Shown here piece after piece: positions 13,779-26,327 of a stretch of DNA of 64,000 nucleotides. Location: assembly GCF_006345805.1 (NCBI RefSeq), contig NC_042997.1, forward strand, positions 86,676,001 through 86,740,000, in the 5' to 3' direction. The notes beneath the pieces are model-generated. The model ran no database searches. It had not been told where the DNA came from and saw only the letters and a list, made by a program, of their open reading frames with translations. Position 1 is the first letter of the stretch. Every line of letters begins with the position of its first letter. A program made the position numbers and the translations under genes. The DNA is from Octopus sinensis. Taxonomy: Eukaryota.

Positions 13779-16520
13779 AATCATGCAGCTGGCTTTTTAC
13801 AACTGCCACCATACAATCAATAACTTTAGTCAGGTGGTTAAGAGCTATATTTAAGAGTACTGTCACTCAGTGGATAAACATACCATTTTAGCTATGAAGC
13901 TCACTTAGAGTCAATGTTAGATTAAGGACCCTCCAGAGTTTTTCAAAATATCTATGTCAAAAAAATAAAAAAACACATGTACACCAATGCTCAAGATGGC
14001 CAACATTTATGAACATAGCATCTTTCTAGCCTCATTAGTTGTATTGAAATGAGTAGAATGTGGTTAAATCAAACCAGTATCTGCTCACGGCTGTGAAATG
14101 AATGTCCCAGCTAGTATAGCATTGAGGATGTTAGATGAAACTCCTTCCTGAGGTTGTTAGCTGCACTCATGTTATTTTTGAAGGAACACTCAAGTTAAAA
14201 TTGAAATTTCAAAAACCTTTGATTGTTTGTTACCCACTATTTTCTGTTATTGCCTTTTGATACGCTTTCTTGATTTTGTTGTAACAGCAATCTTCGAAAG
14301 ACCCTTATCTTGAAATATTATTAACATTTTCAGCCATCAATATGAACTTTTGGTTATATTTTGATGTATTCAATTTTATTGGCCACTTTGGTGCTCATGC
14401 TTTTTTTTTTATTGTTTGTACATTTTTGTTAACATTTGTTTATATTTTTTCTCCTTGCTTCATTTTTTCTGGTTTTTGTTTCTTACTCTCATGGTCATTT
14501 CTCTGGTGAGAGGGTAGTTGTAGCAGAAGCACAATTGCTCTTGACCTTTAGCTACCCACATTATGGCTTTTTACTTTTAGCTACCTATTTTTAGTATATT
14601 CCATTTAGCTTTACTTGAACTATCACCCCTTAACATGATGAACTAACCTAGCATCCCTACATCAATTATTTAAGGGACTATTTTTCCTGCTAATTTCAGA
14701 GGGAAGTGAATTTGCTTCAAGCGAGTTTTGGATCTTTGACTATGAGAGCAGTGTATTCACTTTGCAGCTTCAGCAAGAACAGAATTGTAACCTGAATCCT
14801 TGATACTATGCTTCACGTTTTTCTAACTTTTCATCTTCAACTTCTATAAGCATTTGAATCTCTGTAATTTATTGACAATTATTAATGTCCTACCAGTTTG
14901 CTGTATTTCACTTTAGCAATGGTAATAAACATTTCAGCCTGGTCAATTTTAACTTGCCTTTGCATTTTCTTACTGATATTCATCCTGACTTATCTTAATC
15001 AAAAGACATTAGATTATCAGGTCTAAAACTACATCGCATTTCACACAACAACCACGAACACTCATTGCTAAAGTTCTAAGATCAACTTGGTTACAGATAC
15101 ATTAAATTGAAGATCAAACTGAAGGAAGGAAAGGAATTGTTTTTGAACTGTTCTGCTATTCAAAAGACAATTTTGATCTGATTCACTGTCTTGGCAATAT
15201 TAACCCTTTAACATTCAGATTACTCTGTCAAATGTAATGCTTATTTATTCATGTTGTGTTAAATTAATCATGCATTATTTAGTAGCTTTTAGATTTCAGT
15301 GATGTGATTGTTTATTTCACAACCATTTAAGTGCAAAGTACTCCTCACAAACATGTTCATGAGATGGTTGTGATCTATAAACAGTTTTGAGAAGGAACCA
15401 GAAAGAGAAGTATGAACACGCAATGAGCATGTATACACCGAATTAGTAAAATGGAAGAGTAGAACAGAAGTGCAATGCGCATGTCAAAATAAAACAGGAG
15501 AGAAAAATAGAACAAGTTATATGATGGTCTTCATGCCATGTCTGACACCACTATCATGCAGTTTCACAGTAATTTTCTTGTTTACAGAATGGCATTGTTG
15601 GGTAGGTGTGAGAGGTTAGATGTGGCTGGTTTAAACATAAAAGAGGTAGAATATTTGGGCCTGATATGGCTAGTTTAAATGCTAAAGAGTTATGGTTTTC
15701 TTTCTTTTTGTAATTTTCTAGCTAAAGACATTTCTCACGATTATGCTAGTTCTACCATACTAGTGTTGAGACCAATACAAAATGGTTCATGTTTGTTAAA
15801 AGCATTGGTGGGAATCCTGTACAGAAATGAGTGGAATGTGGTTAAATAAAACCAGTATCTGCTCACTGCTGTAAAATGAATGTTCCAGTTAGTAAAACAC
15901 TGAGGATGTTAAATGCAACCCCTTCCTGAGGTTGTCAGCTGCAGTCACGTTATATTTGAAGGAACACCCAGGTCAAAATTATTGTCTGTGACTTTGTAGT
16001 TCCTCCTGAAAGAATACATCTTCACAGGTTTTTTTATCTATGTAGGTTTCACAGAAATCAATACTCTAACAACAAAACAAAGTTAATCAAACTTGACATA
16101 GTTGTCATGGAGACAATCAGGTAAGAATTTATACAAGCTATGACAGCATTTTTAGCTCAGCCAGTAGCTTTCCTATAAATTCCGGAAACAAATATGGACA
16201 CAACCAAAACCAGTCTTCCAGTAGCTGCTGGATAAAATGGCAATGATTTTTCACATATAAAAAAAAAAAAGACATACATGTCTGTATTTACTCATACTCT
16301 CAAGTCAGATTCATTAGAGCTGTCACCATAAAATATTATCTTTAGTCAGGTAACTTAATGTTATATTTAAAAAGTCCAATTAATTGGTTGATAAAAGTAT
16401 CATATTAGTCACGAAAGCAACCTAAGGGTCTATCAACATTAAGTTGAGAATATTTAAAAATATGCATACAAAACACTGAAATACAAAATGGCTGACATCT
16501 ATGAAGAATAGCATATTTCT
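13360..16520 (+). repeat. Diverged local duplication of two modules (A ~13360-14030 and ~16070-16520; B ~14046-14203 and ~15824-15980)
   Basis: Module B (gaaatgagt(a/g)gaatgtggttaaat..aaccagtatctgctcac..ccttcctgaggttgt.agctgca) occurs twice. Module A (acaatcaggt.agaat..ccggaaaca..ttagtcaggt..aaaatggc..acat.tatgaa) also occurs twice. Confidence 0.6.
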
Positions 16521-16954
16521 CCAGCCATATAAATCACAAGATCAGTCTGGTTAAAAATACATTGAATTGCAGAACATATTTAAAATAATGAATTTTGAAT
16601 ACACTTTTTTGATTTAATATGCCATTTGTGTGATACTGAAGAATTTTTTTTTTTAAATTCCCCTGGCTAAAAATACAATTCTCAACCATGTACCAACATA
16701 TCAATATCATTCCCATATTTTTAGTGACAATGTGGTATTGAACTGGAATCATTATATGATTTACAAGTAAAGCACTACTGGACCCTTGAAGTGTCTCTTG
16801 CAGAGCCCTAAGTTGTGAGAAAACAGATGCCTACACACCATTCTTTACCAACGTAGATCAGTTCCAGATGATGCTCTTTCCACAGAACTGTATTCTAACA
16901 GCAATGAAAGTGTCAACAATTTTGCTTCTCATTCTACTTCCTGACACAAGTCTT

Positions 16955-17545
16955 CATCATCATCATCATCGTCGTTTAACGTCCGCTTTCCATGCTAGCA
17001 TGGGTTGGACGGTTCAACTGGGGTCTGGGGAGCCCGAAGGCTGCACCAAGCCAGTCAGATCTGGCAGTGTTTCTACAGCTGGATGCCCTTCCTAACGCCA
17101 ACCACTCCGAGAGTGTAGTGGGTGATTTTATGTGCCACCGACACAGGTGCCAGACGAGGCTGGCGAACGACCACGCTCGGATGGTGTTTTTATGTGCCAC
17201 CGACACAGGTGCCAGACGAGGCTGGCGAACGGCCACGCTCGGATGGTGTTTTTATGTGCCACCGACACAGGTGCCAGACGAGGCTGGCAGACGGCCACGC
17301 TCGGATGGTGTTTTTATGTGCCACCGACACAGGTGCCAGACGAGGCTGGCAGACGGCCACGCTCAGATGGTGTTTTTATGTGCCACCGACACAGGTGCCA
17401 GACGAGGCTGGCAGACGGCCATGCTCGGACGGTGTTTGCAGTACTGGCTACGGTCCCGTTCAGATGGTTTTCTTATGTGCCACCGGCACTGGTACCACAA
17501 GGATACAAATTCCATTGATGTTCATCTATTTTGATTTGGTTTGAA
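16955..17545 (-). mobile_element. Young 5'-truncated RTE insertion (3' UTR only) with 62-bp tandem array
   Basis: (CAT)n tail at 16955; reverse-complement homolog of 48340-48843. CpG-rich, unlike its surroundings. Confidence 0.85.
17126..17490. repeat. Tandem repeat, 62-bp unit x5 plus a partial unit
   Basis: atgtgccacc recurs at 17130, 17192, 17254, 17316, 17378 and (offset) 17475. Confidence 0.95.
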
Positions 17546-20425
17546 ATACAATTCTAAGTTAGCAAAGGCAAAGAAAAAGAAAGAGCACAAACCTAATGAC
17601 AGAAAGAAAAAGCTCAATAAGCACAAAACAATAAAGAAAATGAAGAAACTGTTCTCCACAAAGTTTCAATATTGATGCAAGTAAAAAAACATTCAAGATG
17701 GGATCATGGAGCAAAACAATACCGGCTTTTAACTAAGAATACTTAGAGAAGATCTAATTGCATTGGAGCTAAATGCTATTTGATGTGTCTCATTCAAGTT
17801 GAGAAATTTGTACTGTAATCTGATTTGTAAGCAGAGCCAAACATCTAAAAACACAAATAAGATAATGAATGAGTTTTGGGTATTTGAGGAACTGATCAGG
17901 TACATCGAGAAATTTGTGAACTCTAGAACTCTTTTTCAAGCTGTCCAAGATCCATTCTTTGAAGTGACATGAACCATGAGAAATATGCTTAATGATGATC
18001 TGAAAATTTGAGATTACTTAGAAGATACTCTCATCCCAAACCAAAGCTGCTTCGATTGTAAGGATAACTCAATTTAGCTGTAAAGACATCAAATTCACTG
18101 GTTATTGTCAAAATGAAGATCAAGAAGGCTCACACTCCTAAAACATCAAATCTTTTGTTTTCGTGATCTTGAATAGCTCCAGTTTGAAAGATCAAGACAA
18201 GCTAAACTCCCTCAACATTATTAAGAATACAAAACTATAAAGACCAGACACATTCTAGAGCTTGAGGTACCCCTTCCTTATCTACACTGGCATTAATGTC
18301 CATGCATCGAAGAAAAGCAAGAATTTCATACAGGCTTTATCACATCTTATGACAGAATTAACATCTTTCCATAGTGCCAGAATCAGCCTTTTCATGTTTG
18401 AAGGTAATGCGAGTAGACTAACAATTGCAATACCATCAAATTGTGAAATAGTCTCTTCTCAAAAAATGTTATTTTGAAGACAATTGTTGTCACAGTGCCA
18501 AAATGTGACATATTCCTACTCAAGAGCTGCATAGATCAAGCCAGAGCATGGGAACACAGCTGGGTGGAGTATGCATTGCTATTTTTAAAGAAAAAATCTT
18601 CAGTATTGCAGATACCAGCTCATGGAGTGTCCATCATACCTACAAAATGTCTGGCAGACCCTTTGGCATAAAATTAAAGAGCAATCTTCCTCTGTTCTAC
18701 AAGAATTTTGCCCCTTTGTGATAGTCAAACATGGCATGGATGTTCAGAGACAAACAGTCAAATTTCTGAATTCAGAACAAATCCTAGTCATAACATTTGA
18801 CCAACCTCCATTTGTAGTGGAAATAGTCTGGCACGCATGGTAAAGAGGCCATGTTGTTATGCTAAATGATCTGCACACACAAATCACTCACTGAAATACA
18901 ATGGTGGATGTTTTGGATGGTCCTTGCTAGACAACAGCCCTCACAGCAATAGCAGTAACATTCTCTGGAAGAGATGATTCATGTCTAAAGGAAGAACTCT
19001 AAGCTGCCACCAGGTATATCAATCTGGTCATACCTCAAAATTTTGAGCATGTCATGACCCGGAAAAATAACAAGTAGAAAAGCATGTTTATGAGACAGGG
19101 CCTTATTAGGGAGATATGAAATTAAGAGTGTTGATATAGGAATTGTTTACGAGAAAATAAAGTTCTGAATGTAAAATGTAAATAGCAGTAGTTGTTCTAA
19201 TAAACACCAAGGACATTTGTTTCAGCTTTATGACTCCTAGGACAGGGAAACAAAAAAAAATTATGCCTCACATATCAAGCAAATATGAAACATGATAGGA
19301 ACTTAAATATTTTTTTTATTCTTTATATTTTTAAAATGAATATTTTAAAAATTTGTAAAAGCTTGCAGGCTAATATGAATAGGTCCTAAGAGAGTACTAT
19401 GTCAAATATGAAGCTGTTATCTGTCCAGTAATAGAAATTTTACTAAGCCTTCTGATTACTTCTCATCTCATATAGAACAACACACGTAATGTAACCAAGC
19501 AATAAAATTGATTTTTTTTTTGCACTAGATTCAAGGCCTTTATTGTTCATAGATTGATATAGTTTGTATTGGGTAAGTATAATGAATTGATTATATATTA
19601 ATACTTCTATGATTAGTCAAGTAACCCTTTAGGTAATTGGGGAACTGCTACTGAAGATCTTAGTCTCTAAGTAGTAATTAAAAAATGTGCACACTTGGAA
19701 TGGTTTCCTTACTGCCTCTTCAACACAAGTAAATCTAATAGAACACTTATGAATCTTAACGTGCTACTGTTGCTTGCTTTACAGCTGTAAGATATATCTT
19801 CTAAGGAAGGAAGCCTTTATGCAGTCACTCAACCTTCTAGAAATAGCAGCCAGATCTATCTCAAATAACATCATACTGTCTTTAAAATACATGTCTAGAT
19901 ATATCAGACCTGAGAAAAAAAAAGTTAGATAGTCACAGATGGAATGCCTTTGATGATAGTTCTTAATCAAGGCTGATTTGAGGTAAAATAACAGCTTTCG
20001 AATACATATTTAAAGCTATAAAATATGGCTATTAAGAGTCCTGGAAAATGATGTAGGTTCTATCAGTTTCTGATCACAGCCAGGACATGAACTATAAACT
20101 TGTCAGCCGTTTACCTGGTACCATGTGTTACTTAATGTATTAACTTTAAGGTTCTGCACTTAGAACAAGGAAGTATGTAGCATAACTATTAACAGTAAAC
20201 CTTATCTAGCCCAGCTTATTCATCTCTATTGTTGGATGAACTTTTTTTCAGAAAAAAAAGAAAGAAGACTGATAAGGCAAGACATGTATTTTATTAGTGT
20301 TAGTCACTGGACTGTGGCCATACTGATTGCTGCATTCAAGTGTCTTAGTAGATAATATTGACCTCAATACATATTTCAGTCTGATACTTAACAATCTGTT
20401 TTTTGAATAGCTATAAATTTATATA

Positions 20426-21245
20426 TACATGGTCTGATCAATAAGTATCCGGACTGTTGCTATAGTAACGAAGCTAAAGCACACAGAGTGAAGCTGCTTG
20501 GCAAAGACTGACCTTGAACTCTGCTGTGCATGTGCACTAAGTTTTAGTGATTTAGTTTACTTATGCTGTTTACGGCAGTGCTTGGAAGGAAGGTGTGCAG
20601 CATGCGATCGTCACATTGACCATGACAGAATCTCCATCGAATTTTGCCAAAAGCTTGGCACAAAGTTTTCATTGTTCTCAACACAATCAAGATCTCGTGC
20701 AATTGAAACCCTGAGTGTCGGCTGAAAGCAGTTTTGGCACAAACTTGACAGACATGCGTCTCATACCCAAATCTTCAGTGATAATGAACCGAACTGACCC
20801 GTAACTAATCTGCACATCCTCTGCTAACTCATGGATGGTGATTTGACAATTTCCACATACATCTGCGATGTTTTTCTCAGTTCTACTGGTTGCAGGTCTC
20901 CCAGAATGTTCGTCATTATCAACATTTTCCCGGTCATCTTGGAAATGTCTGAACCACTCATATACTTGTGTGTGGCTCATACACTCCTCTCCATACACTT
21001 CCTGCAACTTTGCATAAGCCTCTGAGTAGGTATTACCATGACAACTTTCTCTGTTATGGTCAATGCAATGAACGCATACAACACCCCTTCCTTCCAAGTC
21101 CTGCTGTAAACAGCAGAAGTGAGCTTGAATGTTAAAACAGTGTACATGCACAGCAGAGTTCAAGGTCAATCTTTGCTGAGCAGCTTCACTCTGCATGCTT
21201 TGTTACTATGGCAACAGTTCGGATACTTATTGTTGAGACCTCAGA
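20426..21245 (-). mobile_element. mariner-derived non-autonomous element with N-terminal HTH transposase remnant and ~200-bp inverted ends
   Basis: The ORF contains LQEVYGEECMSHTQVYEWFRHFQDDRENVDNDEHSGRP..ITIHELAEDVQISYGSV..LGMRRMSVKFVPKLLS (Mos1-type HTH and WVP linker). Inverted ends caataagtatccg.actgttgc.atagtaac, with TA-rich flanks. Confidence 0.85.
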
Positions 21246-21313
21246 TATATATCTTTAGTAGTTCATATATTCAAGAAAGAAGTACACTCTAAAGCATAAG
21301 AGCAGTAATATAT

Positions 21314-21531
21314 TTTTAGGAAGTTAAAAGTTATGGCTGGCCAAAGAGTGATCATTGGTTTCACATTTATAAAGTGCTTAGCAGAGAAGACAACTTGTCA
21401 AGCTCTAATGGCTGAAGACTGAAATGCCTTCAGTCATTTGAATCTTCATGAGTCACTTATACTGCTAAGCGCTTTATAAGTGTGAAACTAATGGTCACTA
21501 TGTTCAGCAATAACTTTTAACTTCCTAAAAT
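21314..21531. repeat. Imperfect foldback (~70-bp arms)
   Basis: ttttaggaagttaaaagttat..gtttcacatttataaagtgcttagcag pairs with ctgctaagcgctttataagtgtgaaac..ataacttttaacttcctaaaa. Confidence 0.8.
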
Positions 21532-22184
21532 AATATATATAATTTATCTAAATGATATTTATCTCTCACCAGATGGAGTACTGTTTTTGTTGAATTTTCT
21601 ATCATGAATCAGCACATTATGTGTATATATATAAATATAAAAAAATACACACAAGCCAAAGGAGCTAGAACAGTGTCATGCAATATAATCTTTGCAGGTC
21701 CTTCTGCATTGGTAGGATTGATATGGCTCTCTGCCAGCCTGAACTTTTGCAAGGCATTGCCTACAAGAAAAAAATGTGGGTGAGCATGAAACAAGAGTGT
21801 TTGGTCTGAATGCTTGCAAAGTAGCCAAGGATAGTGTTAAACCAAACAACATGTTAAGCCTATTTGAATTTTATTTTTATGCCCTTAAGAACTTGATAAC
21901 TGCAGCTTGAGGTGTAGATGTTTCTTAGTGTCTTCTGCATATTCTGGCATTAAAAAAAACAAATGAGCCAAAAATAAAGTCATTATATGGTTGCTCTACC
22001 TCATAACAGAAATAGTATTAAACCTCTCAAAACGCATTTTAAAGATTTAAGGATAAAAGGGCACATTGGCTAATATAGCCTTCAGTAAAAAATGTCATTA
22101 ATGTTAAGGTCACAACTAGAAGGCATTTTGATCAAAAGTGTATGGGGTTAATTAATAATTAAAAAAAAACTCCAAAAAACTATT

Positions 22185-22342
22185 GTGAAGTATATTTGCC
22201 ACCTAAATGTGGCGGTCCCATAGGGGATGATGCTACTGTTCTTTATAGCCCCAGGAAGACATCTCCAGCCTTCCTGGGCTATAAAGAACAGTAGCATCAT
22301 CTCCTGTGGGACTGCCATATTTAGGTGGCAAATATACTTCAT
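22185..22342. repeat. Near-perfect hairpin (~73-bp arms, ~11-nt loop)
   Basis: The left arm gtgaagtatatttgccacctaaat..tttatagccccaggaag is the reverse complement of the right arm, except for five transitions and one indel. Confidence 0.9.
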
Positions 22343-23212
22343 GATTTCATGCTGCTACTATTTACTTCTCACTCAGAAAAAAACCCATGTTTGTTACCTA
22401 TAAGGACTAACTATATTTGAAAGAAAGCATGAAGGTGAATTAAAAGATATTCACAAGTGGATCCAAACACATAACAATACTAATAAATGAAAACAAACTT
22501 TTCCTACACAGAGCAAAAGCACTTTAAAATTTTCTATAGGTATTAGACTATGAAAAATGATAAGAATATAATTAACTGATCTGCTCCTCTCTTCATGAGA
22601 CACTGCATGAAATTATATGATCTGAAGTATGCACTAAGTTATCACTGTTTAGCTCCAGGTTAACTCTAAATGAGTAAACCCATGATCAAAGGTGTTCCAA
22701 CTACAACTATCCCATCATTTTATGCCAACTATTTCAATGTCCAACATATCCTTCATTAATATAATTTGAGGGACATTTGGTACTATTTTTAGCAGGTTTA
22801 ATATCCACACAGAATGCCCCTTGTTAGCTAGTATTAATCCTGTTTGAGTAAACCTTTGATAAAAGATTTTTTTCCAGCTATGATCATCAGGTATGAGGAA
22901 TTTTTTGGTGGTGGGTAAGGACAGGAGGGAGCCTATGTTATCTAATGTGTTCTCCTTTTGAAGACAGGAGTAGCCAGTCTTTGTAATGCCCAATATCTAT
23001 GCAAATTGTGGTAATGTAGAATTAAGTGTTCTGTGAAAAAGTAGAGCGTCTAATAACTTAATAATCATTTTTTCCTCTATGAAATAATATTTCATCGACC
23101 CACAAGATCAGAAAAGTAGAAACAAGTAACATCTGAACTAAGAAACACCAGTCACTGAACTAAATACTTTATATAAAAGATATACAATGATGGTCTTATA
23201 TTAAAAAGTAAT

Positions 23213-23399
23213 AAGGTGGTGAGCTTGCAGAATTGTTAGCATGCTGGGCAAGACGCTTAGTGGCATTTTGTCCATCTAAACATTGAGTTCAAATTCTGCC
23301 AAAGTTGACTTTGCTTTTCACCCCTTTCACTGGGGTTAATTTAAATCAACTTGGCCTCCCCCCAAAACTGCCGGCATTGTGTCAAAAATTTGAAACCAG
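23213..23399 (+). mobile_element. tRNA-derived SINE, family D
   Basis: aaggtggtgagcttgcagaattgttagc..gagttcaaattctgcc..gttgactttgc..tttgaaacca. Homologs lie at 51886-53421. Confidence 0.65.
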
Positions 23400-24084
23400 T
23401 ATTTAAAAGTAATATGAACACAATAGGAAAAATTTGGGATTGGGAAATCTTTTAACTAGAACTTCATGCAATAATGTAGAATTACAAGAGGCATACTGCA
23501 GAACTGTTCAACTTGTGCTGGCTTGTAAAAAAGGAAAGAAAGTTTTGTGAGAGGGTAACACAGGTGATAAGGTATTAATCTTACAAGCTAATCTTAAATT
23601 AACATCAGGAAATATTTGATCTGAATCTACTACATATGAAAAGAAAGCATTGCTGAAGTTGGAGAAAAAGTACAAAAAGAAAAAGCCAATGAAATGAACA
23701 CTGTGGCCTTTCTATACAATATGGCATGTCTGACTGCTTCATTGTTTTTCCACAAAAGAAAACAAAGCAACAGTTCAAGAATTATGGAAGAAAATATCTA
23801 AGACATTAATGGGAAAGAGAAAAAAAAATTATGGGCCAGCCTTTCAGTTCTGATTATCTGATATGCTAAAGGTGAAAAGAAATACTTTCTTTACAAAATA
23901 ATTCAATAGTCAGGAAAATATTATTATTCTGATGCAGATATTTCCTGGAGGAAAGTAAATAGTCAGCAAAGAAGCTGATACTCACAGATAAGAAGTAATG
24001 GATAAAAAAGTAATGGAATTTTATCCCAAGTAATTATTTTGCTTCAAATGCAAGTTGTACACAATCAACCCATTTTAAGTTCAG

Positions 24085-24960
24085 GCTAAACTGTGTGGTT
24101 AGGAAGTTCATTTTGCAACCACGTGGTTTTGGATTCAGTGCCACTACACAGCACTTGAGGCAAATGTCTTCTGCTATATCATCATTTAGCGTCTGTTTTC
24201 CATGCTGGCATGGGACTGGTAAGCCAGAGAGCTGTACCAGGTTCCAGTATGATTTGGCTCAGTCTCCATGGCTGGAAGACCTTCTTAATACCAATTACTC
24301 TAAGAGTGCAGAGGATGCCTTTTATGTGTTAACGACACTGGCCATGACAACAATTTCTCTTTGTCTTCTCAAGCACAGCAAATCACTAAAGGTCTCAATC
24401 ACTTATTAGCTCTGTGAGACTGAACATCCAAAGTTCATACTTCACCACTTTGACCCATGTCTTCCTGGGTCTACCACTTCCATAGGTTCCCTCTACAGAG
24501 ATTGGCACTTCTTTATGCAGCTGTCCTCATCCATATGCATCACATGACCATACCAGCGCAGTCTTCTCTCTTGCACACCACGTCTGATGCCTCTTATGCT
24601 CAATTTTTCTGTTGACACTCACATTCTGATGTATATGCACACTGACATAGCCCATAAGAGAATTTGGTAGATGGAAACTATAAAGAAGCTTGTTGTGTGC
24701 ATATGTGTGTCTCATTTACTGGACATTGTGCAGCAATTATAAACGAATATTGCCACTATACAAATGGTGATGCTTGCTTGTAATCTTCTGTGAAAACATG
24801 TCCAGACTAGAGGAAAATATTACCTCCCTAGTAAACAGTTGAAGACTGACAACAAGCTGGGCATCCAGAAGTAGAAATATTTGCCTCAATAAATTTTGCC
24901 TGACACATGCATGAATGGAAAAATAGACGTTAAAACAATGATGATGACGGTGTTATTACA
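24085..24960. mobile_element. Cluster of SINE head, minus-strand RTE 3' fragment (24180-24650) and further SINE/RTE tail
   Basis: The minus-strand translation includes RHQTWCAREKTALVWSCDAYG, which is out-of-frame homology to IRCGVQERRLRWYGHV at ~47990-48040. Confidence 0.6.
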
Positions 24961-25441
24961 GCTTGTTACCTCTCTCATTTGCAGCAAAGAAAGAGGTTGA
25001 TCAGTGCAGAATATATATATTTTAATCTTCTTGGTAACTGCCATAAAGTATCTAGGCAATACACTTCTGACTTTTAAATAGATAACTATGTAACTTAGAT
25101 ATATCTGCTGTACCATTTGAACTTACACTGTTTGCTTGTTTTTTCAAGAGTAGAGAATTAAAGCCTCACAAAATTGCTATTGTTGAGTTTAATTCTTTAC
25201 ATATAGAAAATAATAGATAAATTTTTAAAATGTTTACAAATTCCTTTTTTCAATTCAAATGGTTACAGCAAGAAAGCTGAAGTAATCTCTAGTTGCCTCT
25301 CTTAAAACTCACTGCATAGACATAGTATATTTACTCTGTCAAATCTTTTTTCTTTTCAAAACTGTGACCTCTAGAACTTTCTCTTGTTTAGACTCTCTTT
25401 GCAATTATTAACTATTAAAATGAAAAATTAGCTACACTAAC

Positions 25442-25517
25442 CTCACCCAGCTATCCTAATTCCCACGACTGACTGAAACGGATATGAGCATTGACGCTCT
25501 TCAGCTTTAAAAACTAT
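25442..25517 (-). other. Candidate second exon (76 nt, probably 5' UTR/uORF)
   Basis: Acceptor gtttcctcctctcAG and donor GAG|GTTAGT (alternative GG|GTGAGG at 25447). CpGs are retained locally. It continues MATVTFRQ in frame as IVFKAEERQCSYPFQSVVGIRIAG*. Confidence 0.4.
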
Positions 25518-25929
25518 CTGAGAGGAGGAAACAACCAAACAGAATTTAACCAAATTCTTTCTAACTACTTATTTACCTAGAATTAAAATTTTTCAATAAA
25601 TATTTCTATGCATTTAATATAAACGTGGACATTGGATAAATAGGTTATTAACATTAATAAACAAATACTTGGATTTAATGTCAACATTTGTATTTGCATT
25701 CAAAATACAATGACCAATGTTTGAAAAATACGATTGAACTTTCCTCAATTTTGTGGTTAGAATAGTGGCAACATGCATCTGCACGTGAATGAATATACAT
25801 TTATTTCGTACAATATTATAGCGCCAGTCCAATTTACCAGATCGTGACCTACAGAATTCGTATCAAGGAAAATTTTATAAATACAGGTTTTTTTGTTTTT
25901 TTTTAAGTAACTTTTAAGAGAGAACTTTT

Positions 25930-26327
25930 GGATCTTTTCGGTTTGAACGGCAGTTTATCAAAATAATTTACATGTAACTAAACACTTTTAAACTTCGTAT
26001 ACAGGTAGAAAGTGTTTATAAAACATCTTTTTCTCTTGGCTTTATTGAGAAAATTCTATAGTTTGTAAGATATTTGTTTTTTTTCTTCAATTTCTGCAAT
26101 TTCAACCAATCAATGACGTCTATTGAGGTGAAAACATTGTACCGTATGAATCTGTCCCTCGTTTAAGAAACAGATTGGGTTTATTTACATTTCTGAAGAA
26201 AAAAAGATACCCTTCCCCCCACCCCTAACTCTAAAACAGATTGAAATCGATACTAGGGTCATAATTATGGGTGACAATTTCATATGGCACCGCTAGAAAA
26301 AAACTGCCGTTCAAACCGAAAAGATAC
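25930..26327. mobile_element. MITE with ~27-bp TIRs and 8-bp TSD
   Basis: TIRs ggatcttttcggtttgaacggcagttt / aaactgccgttcaaaccgaaaagatac. Direct repeat GAACTTTT at 25922-25929 and 26328-26335. Confidence 0.9.

Larger units (their letters stand above)
16700..19527 (+). mobile_element. Decayed Academ-type DNA transposon, interrupted by an RTE tail at 16955-17545
   Basis: The degenerate translation KHGMDVQRQTVKFLNSEQILVITFDQPPF..HVVMLNDLHTQ..VLDGPC*TTALT..SGRDDSCLK..TRY matches the marine-invertebrate transposase motif HGMD..V..LNPGQ.PV.TFDQPL..FVVMLGGLHIEM..L.GSGWT.AL..SG.ADSFLK..TR. The putative right end is ...gcaCTA. The family label is from memory. Confidence 0.65.

Noticed and set aside
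16992-17544. Three overlapping 128-180 aa ORFs and a CRISPR-like regular repeat
   Set aside because: They are read-throughs of a 62-bp tandem repeat. The units are near-identical with no unique spacers, there are no cas genes, and the context is a eukaryotic LINE UTR.
21609-21794. Minus-strand ORF with a good acceptor, as possible CHMP4 exon 2
   Set aside because: No frame resembles AALQALKRKKR/QIDGTL, and there is no convincing donor.
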